This document shows positions 22,879 through 32,367 of a stretch of 64,000 nt of DNA, in pieces (positions within the stretch are counted from its first letter, which is position 1; every line of letters begins with the position of its first letter). The notes under the pieces were generated by a model. It made no database searches. It was not told the DNA's origin and saw nothing but the letters and a program-made list of their open reading frames with translations. The DNA is from Pelagomonas calceolata (Eukaryota), in assembly GCA_918797485.1 (NCBI GenBank), contig CAKKNE010000003.1:4836001-4900000 (forward strand), written 5' to 3'. The position numbers and the translations under genes are program-made.

Positions 22879-24303
22879 ATGTGCGTGCGCACCATCACTC
22901 TCGTTTTGGCGTGGTGCGTGTCAGCGAGCGGTCGACGGTGTCTGGGCCCCCCAGAGGTCGTGCGTCCGCTCGATCGCAACTTCTCGACGTGCGGCGGGGC
23001 GCCGCCGTCTGTGTGGCGCGACGCGGCGCCGTACCCGGAAACCTCGTGCGCATTCTGCGCCGGGAACGCGGCGACGGCACATCTACTCGAGATCGCGGCG
23101 GAGCTTCGGCGCCTCAAGGCGCGCGAGTGCCGACGCCTCGTCGTCTACGGCGCCGCCTTCGGCACAAGATTTTTCCGGCGGTGGCCAAATCGGACGCTCG
23201 CCGGCGCGCGGACCGTGCAGGACCTGCACGGTGCGCACGGTCAGTGCTTTTTCAAGTTCATTCTGAAGAAGGACGTGACTTTCGTCCGCAAGCGCGTCGG
23301 CACGAACACGCTTCGCCTGCCGCCGTCGCTCTTCGTTCGCACGAATTTTCGCGTCGAGGGCCTCGATTTGCTGGTGCCCCTCGACCAAGACGCGCTGCCC
23401 TGGCTCGCGACGGCGTCGCTGCGGCGTAACGTGAAGATCCTCAAGATGCTCGGGCAGCGACTTTTCCCTTGGACCGAGCGGCTCGTCTCCGCGTGCAGAA
23501 TTTTCTCTTTTTTCACTCGCGCCTCGCGTCCGCGGCGGCCGGCCGTCCCCAGTCGACGCAGGATGATACCGAGCACTAAAGACCTCATCCCCTTTGCGCG
23601 CAGGCTCCTTTGGATCGACGCGAAGCTCAGGCTCGGCGCGACGAACCCGCTCCGCTTGTTCGACGCGACGGAGGCGCGTGGCGCCTGCCTCGCCGCGGTC
23701 GGTCTCCCCTTTCACAACAACGCCTACGGCCCGGGCGCTGCGGCGATGCGCGTGCCGTCGTTCTCGCGGCACGGTGCGACGGTCGTGCGCTCGCTCGCGA
23801 TGCGCCCGTTGCTCACGGACAACGTGCGCGCGGTCGAGGCGCAGATGGGCACCTACGTCCGCGAGCACGGGTCGCCCGCGCTCTCGCGAGACCTCATTGA
23901 CAGCGCCTACCTCGTGCGCGACTTGCGCTCGCCGCGGTGCCGGTCGTTCAACGCGGCGCTCGGCTGCGCGTGGTTCGAGGAGATCACTTGCTGGTCCGAC
24001 CGCGACCAGCTTAGTTTTCCGTACGCGCTGCGGCGGCTGGGACTCTCCGCGACTGCGCCGCGCCGCCCCGCGCTCGACTCGGTCGTCGTCCGGAGCGACC
24101 GCGGAAGTCCCGTGGCCCTCATCCTGCCGCCCGGCCGACCCTCCCGGGGCGATGGACCCGTGCTTCATTGGTACTACACGCACGCCCTTGCCGTCGGCAA
24201 GTGCCTTCCGTGCGTCCGCGACCGCCGCGATCCGTTCGCAGCGTCGTTCGACGACGTCGAGATCGCCAACGCCGCAGCTCCCGGTTCTCGTCCCTCAGCC
24301 TAG
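22879..24303 (+). CDS. DUF616 (TOD1/MUCI70-like) glycosyltransferase; in-frame GC-AG intron 23481..23603
   Basis: RRNVKILKML..RLFP, LLWIDAKL, WFEEI..SDRDQLSFPY. Confidence 0.8.
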   Translation: MCVRTITLVLAWCVSASGRRCLGPPEVVRPLDRNFSTCGGAPPSVWRDAAPYPETSCAFCAGNAATAHLLEIAAELRRLKARECRRLVVYGAAFGTRFFRRWPNRTLAGARTVQDLHGAHGQCFFKFILKKDVTFVRKRVGTNTLRLPPSLFVRTNFRVEGLDLLVPLDQDALPWLATASLRRNVKILKMLGQRLFPWTERLVSACRIFSFFTRASRPRRPAVPSRRRMIPSTKDLIPFARRLLWIDAKLRLGATNPLRLFDATEARGACLAAVGLPFHNNAYGPGAAAMRVPSFSRHGATVVRSLAMRPLLTDNVRAVEAQMGTYVREHGSPALSRDLIDSAYLVRDLRSPRCRSFNAALGCAWFEEITCWSDRDQLSFPYALRRLGLSATAPRRPALDSVVVRSDRGSPVALILPPGRPSRGDGPVLHWYYTHALAVGKCLPCVRDRRDPFAASFDDVEIANAAAPGSRPSA

Positions 24304-24786
24304 TAACGCATACATCTGCATACCTTTCTGGCACTGGCCCAGCCTGGGTGTATCTCTGCCCAGGTGTGCGTTCACGTTGTTTGTTTGGCACCACCTGGGC
24401 TTTACGGTCCCCTTATATCGGCAGCCTAGCTTGAGTCGGCCGCGAGGTCCTAAGGGTGAATTCTTGGCTCCAAGCCCTGGCTGGAGCCTCTAAGTGTTAT
24501 GGACGCGGGTGGGTCGGGGAAGCTTGGGGGTGCACCCATAGTCGGCCGCGGGTGAACGCCGCCGAGAATCCCTCGTGTTGCACATGGGAAGGGCTCCATG
24601 CCATAGCCGGGATGTTTCCCCCAGGAAACCCGGGGGGCGCGGGGCGAAGTGCCAAGCGCTGTGATGTGGACCACTGTGTCCTCCTCCGATCGGAGTGTCG
24701 ACTCTGTCGGACTCGAGTCGGAGACTTGGACTCGGACTCGGATTTCCAATTTATTATGATTAGAGTATTCCCCGCCGGTCCACTGG

Positions 24787-25686
24787 CTACGGCACCCTTT
24801 TTTTCTTCCGGCCGAAGAAAGCGGTGATGGACTTCGTGCCCTTGGCGGCTTTGGCCATCGAGGCCTGCTTGGTACTGCTCTGTTTCGCGGCGGCGCCACC
24901 GGCCTCGACCTTCTGGCGCTTGGCCGCCGTGCCGAAGGCGAGCTCGTGGAGCTTCTGCTCCTCCGCCTCGTGGGCCCAGACGTTCTCGGCGCCGCTGGGC
25001 CGCGACGCGAGGCCGGGGAACACCTCCGCAAGCGCGACGCCGCTGCGCTCGGCGACTTGCGCGGCCCACTCGTCGGCGACGTACTCGCAGACCGTCTGGA
25101 CCGCCCGGAGCGTCGCGCGTCGCGAGGGCCCGACCGCGGCGGTCGCTGGCGCGCCGGCCGACGCCGCCACGAAGGCGTCGGATGCGCCGACGGTTTCTGC
25201 GGCGGCGGCAGCGTCTACGACGGCCGCGACGCGCCGCACCTTTCCGTGGAGCCAGTCCACGACCGTGGGCGCCTCGGCCAGCCGAACCAGGCGCAACCCG
25301 TCGCCGAGATCTTTCTCGTCGCAAAACGCCCCGAGCGGCCCGAGGTCCAGGTCCAGCAAGCATCGGAGCCCCTCGTGGCCCGCGGCGGCGACGACCTGCT
25401 CCAGCGGCACGAACTGCCGACGCGTCGCGGACGTGGTGAGGACCGAGAGCAAACTCAGTCGCGCGTCGTACGGCGTCGCGACGACGACGCCCGCGCCGGC
25501 GTGCGCCGCGTCGTCGACGAACCAGGCGCCGTGGTCGCTCTTCGAGCGCTGGAGCTCTACGAGGGCGTTTCCACTTCTGGCGAAGAGCGCCGGCTCGCCG
25601 CCGCGCGGATGCGGCAGGACCAGCGTGCGGACCTCGTTGTCCGCAGGCGGCCGGGCCGCGGAGAACAGGACGAGGGCGCGCGGCAT
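24787..25686 (-). CDS. RNASEH2B: Ribonuclease H2 subunit B
   Basis: LPHPR, AWFVDD, ATPYD, WLHGKV, C-terminal PIP box KGTKSITAFF. Confidence 0.85.
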   Translation of the reverse strand: MPRALVLFSAARPPADNEVRTLVLPHPRGGEPALFARSGNALVELQRSKSDHGAWFVDDAAHAGAGVVVATPYDARLSLLSVLTTSATRRQFVPLEQVVAAAGHEGLRCLLDLDLGPLGAFCDEKDLGDGLRLVRLAEAPTVVDWLHGKVRRVAAVVDAAAAAETVGASDAFVAASAGAPATAAVGPSRRATLRAVQTVCEYVADEWAAQVAERSGVALAEVFPGLASRPSGAENVWAHEAEEQKLHELAFGTAAKRQKVEAGGAAAKQSSTKQASMAKAAKGTKSITAFFGRKKKRVP

Positions 25687-25855
25687 GTGAATTGAGAGTT
25701 CTTTTCAGAGAGAAAAATTAAAGGCTGGTAGGAGCTGATTTGCCGCGCCAATTTAAACCATAGCTACGGTACCGTACTGCGGTACCGTAGGTAGGTACCG
25801 TAGGTACCGTAGGTACGGTACCATGGTACCGTGTAGGTACCGTAGGTACCACGGT

Positions 25856-26041
25856 TAGCAAGAGTATGTTGCAGCGTTTTGTAGTAAAACTGGCTTGTAC
25901 CGTAGTGGCGTCGATAGACACTCAATGTATAGACTCAAATTTAGACTCCGAGTCGGAGAGTGGGACTCTGAGACTCGGATACATCATCATGATGATATCT
26001 CAGGCTAGGGTCACTGTAGGATGGGCTAGTGGGTTTCTCTA
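25856..26041 (-). mobile_element. Old solo LTR riddled with 6-bp micro-insertions
   Basis: Colinear with intact LTRs once insertions are removed. Confidence 0.85.
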
Positions 26042-26059
26042 TGCCCTTGTTGCGAATCT

Positions 26060-26390
26060 CGCGAGTCGGAAACGACTCGGATTCAACATACTCTATGTGA
26101 ATGCTCGGCTTTCGCGAAAGAACGTGACACGTTCCTTGAACGATTATACGAGTTGCATCCTACTAGTATCGCGCGTGGTGTTGAGCCTCGAAGGTCATTG
26201 CAGCCTCCTAATGGGTGACGTTCAAGTTTTACCTCACGAGACTCAGAATACTGTGTATAGATACCTTATTGCTATTTCGAAGCTCCGGTTGGGCATCCTG
26301 ACCGAGCAAGGAGAATGCTCTTAGGAGCTTGTTCCTTTTTTAGGTCTTCCTATGTCTTCCTTAATTAATTAATTTATTTATTTATATTTA
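26060..26390 (+). mobile_element. Probable non-LTR (LINE) 3' end with (TTTA)n tail
   Basis: ORF end ...VYRYLIAISKLRLGILTEQGECS*, short UTR, TTTA tail; homologous ends at 36880-37077(-), ~50835-50995(+), ~58760-58820(+). Confidence 0.6.
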
Positions 26391-28341
26391 ATGATCGTCG
26401 CTCGAGCCTGCCTTTGTTATTCGCGCGTGAGACGATCTTGGGCAGAAACACATCCTCGAAGGCTCGCACGCGCGCGTCGGTCTTCTTGACCTCGGGCACA
26501 ACCGCCACGCACGGTTCGTCCAGCACGGCCGGGAGACCCGACTCGATCGGCGGGCGCGGGGTCCTTCGAACCCGCTGTTTCTTGCGGTGCTGCGCCTGCG
26601 CGCGCGCCAGCGCGCGCTTCTCGCGCTCGACGCGCCGGCGGCGCTCGCGCAGCGCCGCGCGCCGGTCGTCGATCCGCCGCTCGCGCTCGCGCTCGGCGCG
26701 GACGAGCGCCTCCATGAGCTGTTCGCGCCGCGCGCGCGCCTCGTCTCGCTTGCGCCGATGCCAGGCTTCGTACGAGCGCTTGAACGGCGCGCGGTCGTCG
26801 GCTCGGACCGTCGGACGCAGTGTCGACGCGGTCGGCTGCGCCGGCCGCTCTGGCGCGCCCTCGACGCCGAAGAGGGCATCGCGCGGTCGCGGAAGCCTTG
26901 CGGGCTCGGTCCTGCGGGCGCGTGTCCGATCATCGGGTGACGACATCGCGCGTCGTCGGAGTTCCGCGGCGAAGGTCCTGCGCGCCGCGTCCTCGGCGGC
27001 GTCGAGCGCGCGGTGCATCGCATCACGGCTCGGGGTCGCGCGCGACTGGTCGATCGCTGCATCGACCCGGCTCGGGCGCGGCGGAGAAGGGGCACTGTCA
27101 TGCGGTCCAAGCGGCGTCGGCCCGCGCGTGCGCGCCATTTGCAATGCGACGACGTCGGCGCGCTCGACTTGGGGCGACCGCCCGTCAAACGTGGCAATGA
27201 TTGACGCGCCGTCCCCCTTGGGCGCGGTGGCTCCCACATCATTGAGAGTCACGTCAACCTTCGCGACGGACGCAGCAGCGTCGTCCACCGCCTGACACCG
27301 GGTCTCGAAGGCGCCGCGCTGATTGGGCGTCCCCGCGCCCAGTGGCACGTCGAATTCTTTGACGGGCGCGACGAATGGCGTTGTACTGCCCAGTCGGCTC
27401 TGATGTCCTTTGACCCGCGCCTGTAGGCGCGCTGCCGCGCGGTCCCCCTCTGCCTGCTGGGTCGCTTCGTCGGGGCCCTCGCGAGCGGTATCCGCACCGA
27501 GTTTGTCGCGGCTGGCTTCACCGTCTCCGATTGGCGTACCGAGTTCTTTCGCAGCGCCGACGGCCAGCGCGGACGAGGATGGCAAGGGGCCAGCCTTTGC
27601 GGCATCCGCGGCACGTGGCGTGCATGCTTCGCCCGCCGCTTCCGGGGCTGGGACTGGCATCATTATTGTGAAGATAAGCGAAGACCGCGACGACTCGCAT
27701 TCCTTAGACGCAGTCTCCGGTAAATGTCCCTTGACTGCAGACACTATCGTGGCACTTGGCGGTGAAGCGCGGATGTCCTCGCCGAAATGGACCGTGAGTG
27801 CACCATTCGCGTCGACGGCGATGCGGTCCACCAGCGTCGTCAACGAATCGTCGTCCCGGGGCACGATGACCGGATCAACGGCGAATCCGCCGCTAGCAGC
27901 GATGGCGTCGATGCGTGCGTTAGCCCCGGGATCAGCGCGCGCGCGCAGCAGGCAGATCTGTCCGCGTGCGCTCCGCCGGACCACCCGCGCTGCCCGCGGC
28001 GCAGGATCGGCAGTTTGACACGGCGGAGGAGTCGACTCCCGGCGTATTTGAGCCGTCGTCGCAGCATAGCTGCGGTCAGCAGTCCGCCAGTCCGCCAGCG
28101 CCAGCCCACTGTGAAAAGTGTTGCCAACGACGGCATGACCCACCAGTGTCGCCAACGACTCGCCCGAGACCACGCAGCGGGAGATTACGGGGTCAAAGGT
28201 GAATCCACTGCCGGCAGCAACACCGTCGAGCCGGGCTTTGTCATCCGCTATGCCGCCGCGCGCGCGCAGCAAGCAGAGACGGCGGTCTAGACTTTGCCGG
28301 AGCACCAAGCGCTTCGCGAGTTGTGGTGGTGGAACGACCAT
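26374..28341 (-). CDS. Hypothetical protein with duplicated N-terminal module, IQ motif and C-terminal coiled coil
   Basis: Repeat (L/I)CLLRAR..AR(L/I)D..A..GF..DPVI; IQ-like AAARLQARVKGHQSR; start uncertain, abuts LTR fragment at ~28370. Confidence 0.5.
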   Translation of the reverse strand: MVVPPPQLAKRLVLRQSLDRRLCLLRARGGIADDKARLDGVAAGSGFTFDPVISRCVVSGESLATLVGHAVVGNTFHSGLALADWRTADRSYAATTAQIRRESTPPPCQTADPAPRAARVVRRSARGQICLLRARADPGANARIDAIAASGGFAVDPVIVPRDDDSLTTLVDRIAVDANGALTVHFGEDIRASPPSATIVSAVKGHLPETASKECESSRSSLIFTIMMPVPAPEAAGEACTPRAADAAKAGPLPSSSALAVGAAKELGTPIGDGEASRDKLGADTAREGPDEATQQAEGDRAAARLQARVKGHQSRLGSTTPFVAPVKEFDVPLGAGTPNQRGAFETRCQAVDDAAASVAKVDVTLNDVGATAPKGDGASIIATFDGRSPQVERADVVALQMARTRGPTPLGPHDSAPSPPRPSRVDAAIDQSRATPSRDAMHRALDAAEDAARRTFAAELRRRAMSSPDDRTRARRTEPARLPRPRDALFGVEGAPERPAQPTASTLRPTVRADDRAPFKRSYEAWHRRKRDEARARREQLMEALVRAERERERRIDDRRAALRERRRRVEREKRALARAQAQHRKKQRVRRTPRPPIESGLPAVLDEPCVAVVPEVKKTDARVRAFEDVFLPKIVSRANNKGRLERRSLNINK

Positions 28342-28809
28342 CGAGGTAAAGTCTTTCGAGGGTGCCAACTAGCAAGAGTATGTCTCAGCGTTATGTAAAG
28401 TAGCAGTACACGCGGAACTCGACTGCGCCTTGATATCCGATATGACGTACTGGTTTGCCAAGGTCCCTCATCTCATATGAACTAACTACAAAGGAGGAAT
28501 GGCCTGTGCTGTTGGAAAGGTCAATAGCCAGATGGCGACTCGGAAGGGCCAGATCCTCCAAATTATACATTTTCCCATCCGCAAAGCCAAACTCGACACA
28601 TAGCTTCGGCTCCCTCCTAAGCATCCAGGCCAGGAGAACAGCGTCAAAGTGATTCTGGTCTGGCGGCAGTAAGGTATGCGGGTGAGTCCTGTGCATCGGG
28701 CTAAACAACTTAATGACCGAAGGTGTAGCCTTGATAGAGTGTTTTATAGCAAATTGTGGTTACACCGTAGTGCAATGTACAGCCTCAACCCTGAGAAGAC
28801 AGAGTTGGA

Positions 28810-28938
28810 ATAAAGGAGATTAAGACATTAAGACTCGGAGGGAGAAGGACTCGGACTCGGAAGTATCCTAAGATACAGGCCACTAGCCTCTGATATCTAC
28901 TAGAACCTGAGGGGAGCTCTAGATAAAGGTAACTACAG
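28810..28938. repeat. Dispersed repeat, inverted copy at 61478..61596
   Basis: Aligns except for different micro-insertions. Confidence 0.85.
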
Positions 28939-29064
28939 GATCATAGCATAATCGCTGTATGGAGTTATGGCTCATCCGTCACTGGCAGGACTCGGATGGG
29001 ACGAGGATGGGACATAAAGTATACATTTTTCCTATACTACTAAGCCCCTTCAAATAGACCCTTC

Positions 29065-29185
29065 AAACATGGGGCAAACTATTTCGTAAGACGACTACAC
29101 CTCTAGACTACACCGTGACCGTGACTACGCTGCCGGGGAAGTCCGGAATTGCACACTCTATTTCCCCCTGCATCGCAGGTTATGG
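29065..29185 (+). mobile_element. 3' end of a second LTR family (..CGCA) + Copia PBS; another copy at 4131..4235
   Basis: Shared ~100 bp ending CATCGCA|GGTTATGG(GCCCA). Confidence 0.7.
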
Positions 29186-29276
29186 ACGAGGTGTCTACGG
29201 ACGTTGAGAACAGCAGGGAAAATAGCCAAAGATCCCTCCAAACGCCCGAAGTATATTTCTTTTGTTTCTGTCGAAG

Positions 29277-30647
29277 CTAGCGTTGTCTCCTGTTCGTCTC
29301 GTTTTTTCTTGCGCGAGCTTCGCGATTGGCATTGCCCAGTGAGGCCCGAATCAGAAGAAGCGGCTTTCGAAATTGACGTACGGTGTACTCTGGGGATAGG
29401 TACTTCCACGTCTTGTGCAAAGCCACCGGATCGTCGGACTCGATGGTTTCCGCAGCGAACCGCACCAGGGCATCATAAGGTGCAGGCCGGAAGCGACCGA
29501 GCGTGCCGTTGACCTGCGTGGAGAGAGAATTGGCCAGCAAAGTCGCGGGGGCGTTAGGGCGCGCCCTGAGGACGCAGCTGCCAACGTAGAGTTCGTTCAT
29601 CTTGATGGCAAGATATATGTCGTCGTTGTGATGCATGGTCCCGCATTCCCGGGCCCAAGCTTTAAACCCCTCAACCTTCGGGCGAGCCTGAATGCCGTGC
29701 TCTGCGACAAAGGCAGGGTTTCGGATGGCGAAACCACCGTTTCCGCCGAAGCGGCATTCGTCTGTATTTTTGTGCTTAGGAGCCCGGCACCAGGTCCAGG
29801 GCGCCCCAAGCATAGTATAGGAAAGCTCCTGATCCGAGATGGGTCTTCGGACAATGACGTCCTCTCCACCAGCGATTACGACGGTGTCTCGAGTGCCTTC
29901 GAAATATATTTTCGATGCTTGGAGGCATGAGAGCTGGCCTCGTCGAATTCGAGGAAGATTAATGCCCATGCTCGCGAGAGAGACACTTTCGAGGCGCGAC
30001 CGACAGTGCGCAGGCAGAGCTCGCTCGACGGAGTCGACGACCGCCTTTGCCTGGGAATTGTGCACGACCCGGAGCCCCCAGCCTCGAGATTCCGCCTCGA
30101 GCGCGGCGAGCGCTAACTTCACGTTCAGCGCGGCATCGACGTCGCGGCTGGAGACGAACCACATGAGCGTGCGCGACGGTGTCGCCGAGGGACAAGCGTC
30201 CATCTCAAGTAAGGCTTCTCGCGCCAGGTGCATGAATACATCGTAGAAGGTGACGCCAATGCGATGGACACGGTGACCAAGGGCCCTGTAGCCGTCCGTC
30301 ACCAGAGCCACCTGTTCTAGAAGTTTTGTCATATTTCGCGCATCTCGCTCGTGAAGCGCCTCGTATGTCTGACGCAGCGACTTGGAGATTAAGCAGATCT
30401 GTTCGACGCGCGCCGTTCGATCCTTTGGCACGGCGTCGATTAGCGCGTAGAGAAATGCCGCCGCGTGGGGGTTTCGAGCGCCGTCGAGGCAGTTACTATT
30501 AAATGCTTGGTCCAGGCAGAGGCAGCGCCCGATCATGCATCGGCGCTCCATACATGGCGGCATTGACTCTGCTCTTCCAGGGCAGCACGCGCGTAGAAGA
30601 ACCAACGCTGCACCAAATGCTCCAAATCCCCGATATTTCGCCAGCAT
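29277..30647 (-). CDS. Secreted DUF5672-type (GT-A-like) protein; probable in-frame intron 29514..29585
   Basis: Signal peptide; LGAPW, GGNGGFAIRN, DDIYL, F..E...P.ALHK. Confidence 0.7.
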   Translation of the reverse strand: MLAKYRGFGAFGAALVLLRACCPGRAESMPPCMERRCMIGRCLCLDQAFNSNCLDGARNPHAAAFLYALIDAVPKDRTARVEQICLISKSLRQTYEALHERDARNMTKLLEQVALVTDGYRALGHRVHRIGVTFYDVFMHLAREALLEMDACPSATPSRTLMWFVSSRDVDAALNVKLALAALEAESRGWGLRVVHNSQAKAVVDSVERALPAHCRSRLESVSLASMGINLPRIRRGQLSCLQASKIYFEGTRDTVVIAGGEDVIVRRPISDQELSYTMLGAPWTWCRAPKHKNTDECRFGGNGGFAIRNPAFVAEHGIQARPKVEGFKAWARECGTMHHNDDIYLAIKMNELYVGSCVLRARPNAPATLLANSLSTQVNGTLGRFRPAPYDALVRFAAETIESDDPVALHKTWKYLSPEYTVRQFRKPLLLIRASLGNANREARARKNETNRRQR

Positions 30648-30888
30648 GGCCTGTTTTCCTCCGTTAGGGCAAGTAATTTATGGGATCGCGGGTCAATAAA
30701 GAACTGCTTCTCCTCGCTGCTACTAATTGCAGTCAAATTGCAGGAATGAAAAATGAGCGCCTGCAAGTTGCGCCACGGTGTCCCGCAAAGCGAAGTCCGG
30801 TTTGCAGGGATAGCGAACGGGAGAGTTGCTGTCAATATCAAGCTGTTACTGCGTGCCGGGCTTGTACTATTGTACTTGGAGGTAGCAA

Positions 30889-31772
30889 TAGCAAGAGTAT
30901 GTCGCAGCGTTATGTAAGTAGCAGGGTCCTGGCTAACCAGCTTAGAGCTGATAGGCCTGACTGCGAGAGTGTTTTATAGTGAACTGTTGTTACACCGTTG
31001 TGCTTTTGACACTCGATGTATAGACTCAAATATTAGAGAGTGGGAGATACATATCTAGGGTAGGAAGGGCTAGTAGGTTTCTCTCTCTACTCCCCCTGGG
31101 CGCGAGCGTCCACTAGATGCGCTTCCACTAGAGGATGTATCAACTCAGTCTATTCACAGGCAAAGTCCATGTGACAAGTGATAGGCTTCATAAGCAACAG
31201 ACTTCTTCTCGAAATGAATATCAGTAAATACTGTTGTTGGATCCTTCTCGTCCTTTTTCGGAAAGTCAGTAAACTCCTTCAAATGGACTGTCTGATAGAC
31301 TTCGGCTAACTTACCGACAATAGTCTCTTCAAAGTTCATACCGAATCTATGAGCATGCATGGTAAATAAACCTTTTTCCAACAATTTTGAGAAGAAGTCA
31401 GCAACATTGTAGTTTCCGGGACACCAGTAGGGTCTGATCATTCCAAGCTCATGATAGTCCCTGATTCTGGGGTGTTTTCTCTTTAGATTTCTTTTTGGGT
31501 GTTTTTCCTTGTTTAGGCATTCACTGTAAAACACTCTACGTCAATAGGCAGAACCCTGTGGGCCCATAACCTAGCAAGAGTATGTCGCAGCGTTATGTAA
31601 GTAGCAGGGTCCTGGCTAACCAGCTTAGAGCTGATAGGCCTGACTGCGAGAGTGTTTTATAGTGAACTGTTGTTACACCGTTGTGCTTTTGACACTCGAT
31701 GTATAGACTCAAATATTAGAGAGTGGGAGATACATATCTAGGGTAGGAAGGGCTAGTAGGTTTCTCTCTCTA
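30889..31772 (-). mobile_element. Intact non-autonomous Copia-derived TRIM-like element, 884 bp
   Basis: Identical 201-bp LTRs (30889..31089, 31572..31772), 5-bp TSD AGCAA, PBS GGTTATGGGCCCA, PPT AGGGGGAG, internal gag start + RNase H tail (NVADFFSKLL). Confidence 0.95.
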
Positions 31773-31930
31773 AGCAAGAGTATGTCGTAGCGTTATGTAA
31801 GGTAGGGTATTAGCTCACCAGCCAGAGGCTGGGCCAACCTAACTACAAGAGTGTGTTATAGCAAATTGGTTTACACCGTAGCGTCGATAGACACTCAATG
31901 TATAGACTCAAATTCAGAGAGTGGGAGTAC
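31773..31930 (-). mobile_element. Older divergent LTR that received the TRIM insertion
   Basis: Continues (T)AGCAAGAGTATGTCG... beyond the TSD. Confidence 0.8.
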
Positions 31931-32272
31931 AGCGATTGTGCTATACACCCGAGAGACCTAGCTACCACAGCTGCATTGTGCACTTGCTGCACCCAGCTCA
32001 TTAGACACCAGCACATACCGAAGATAATATCGCTGAAGGGAGTATAGACTCAAATTCAGAGAGTGGGAGATACCGTGACATATCTACTGTCGACGATTGG
32101 GAAATTATATCGCAAACCGCCGAGACGGCGACGGGAGGCATGGCGCGGACGAGTCCCTAGGACGTCCACGCGCGCTAGACACGCGCGCTACAAATGCGCC
32201 CCCGCGACAGGTACCGAAACTTAGACGCCACGTGACCCGCACATACTAGTATGGGACTCCGCCCGGCCCACT

Positions 32273-32337
32273 GCGGGCGCTCTCGGTCGGGCCGCGCCCG
32301 TGCGTGGGCACGGACGCGCGCCGTCATCCGCGCCGGC
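32273..32337 (-). promoter_or_regulatory. Candidate SECIS element
   Basis: Minus strand: GGCGC-GG-ATGAC-[14-bp helix, CCAC loop]-CGAC-CGAGA-GCGCC, about 40 nt after the stop of a UGA-containing gene. Confidence 0.65.
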
Positions 32338-32367
32338 GTCGGGTCGGAAATCGGAGAGCGCCGGCAC

